Positions 44,197-44,389 of a stretch of DNA of 44,389 nt are shown here, one piece after another; the first letter of the stretch is position 1, and each line of letters opens with the position of its first letter. The notes beneath the pieces are model-generated. The model had not been told where the DNA came from and searched no databases. It saw only the letters and a program-made list of their open reading frames with translations. Source of the stretch: Thermoanaerobaculia bacterium. Lineage in GTDB: Bacteria; Acidobacteriota; Thermoanaerobaculia; Multivoradales; UBA5704. A program made the translations under genes and the position numbers. The stretch lies in NCBI GenBank assembly GCA_030150965.1, contig JASLEW010000115.1:1-44389 (forward strand), read 5' to 3'.

Positions 44197-44389
44197 GCCG
44201 GTGACGCTGCGCTGGCCGCGGACCCTGGCCCCGCTGCTGTCGCCGGGGGCCGCCGCGGCTCACCCGGCGAGCGACCGCGCCAATCCCCAGGGCACCCTGG
44301 CAAGCGTCGCCGGCACCTCCGCGTTGCCCGGGCCGTAGGCCGCTCCGACCCGGCGGACGGCGCGCGCGGCGCCGGCCGGCCGCCCGGCC

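Overview
This is a very GC-rich bacterial chromosomal fragment, with third codon positions almost always G/C. The high GC produces many long spurious shadow ORFs on both strands. I support about 29 real coding genes and found no rRNA, tRNA, CRISPR array, transposase or integrase. The PadR regulator next to an ADOP-type permease, plus the ECF sigma factor paired with a Ser/Thr kinase, suggest an Acidobacteriota-like or related lineage; this is inference only.

Ordinary content:
- msrA
- a secreted BNR/Asp-box repeat protein
- a Y_Y_Y-GGDEF diguanylate cyclase
- a D-aminoacylase
- an acyl-CoA dehydrogenase
- a quinone oxidoreductase
- a molybdopterin oxidoreductase

The stand-out is a tightly packed minus-strand operon at 21611 down to 10849, possibly extending to 9106. 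In transcription order it encodes:
- a vWA (MIDAS) lipoprotein-like protein
- a small polytopic membrane protein
- a divergent tubulin/FtsZ-like GTPase
- a 1288-aa protein with a complete actin/Hsp70 (ASKHA) ATPase core behind a ~600-aa unknown N-terminal region
- a bitopic coiled-coil membrane protein
- a zinc-ribbon/TM/TPR protein

An ECF sigma factor and a TPR Ser/Thr kinase are transcribed divergently from it. I propose this as a candidate undescribed envelope-spanning dual-NTPase system.

Secondary items:
- a sigma-like gene coupled to a membrane-protein gene
- a six-heme ~1080-aa cytochrome
- a UdgX-type uracil-DNA glycosylase
- a desaturase / halogenase-like flavoprotein / Asp-nucleophile hydrolase operon
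- a disrupted ADOP permease
- a 9-bp coding tandem repeat
- a G-quadruplex-prone tract
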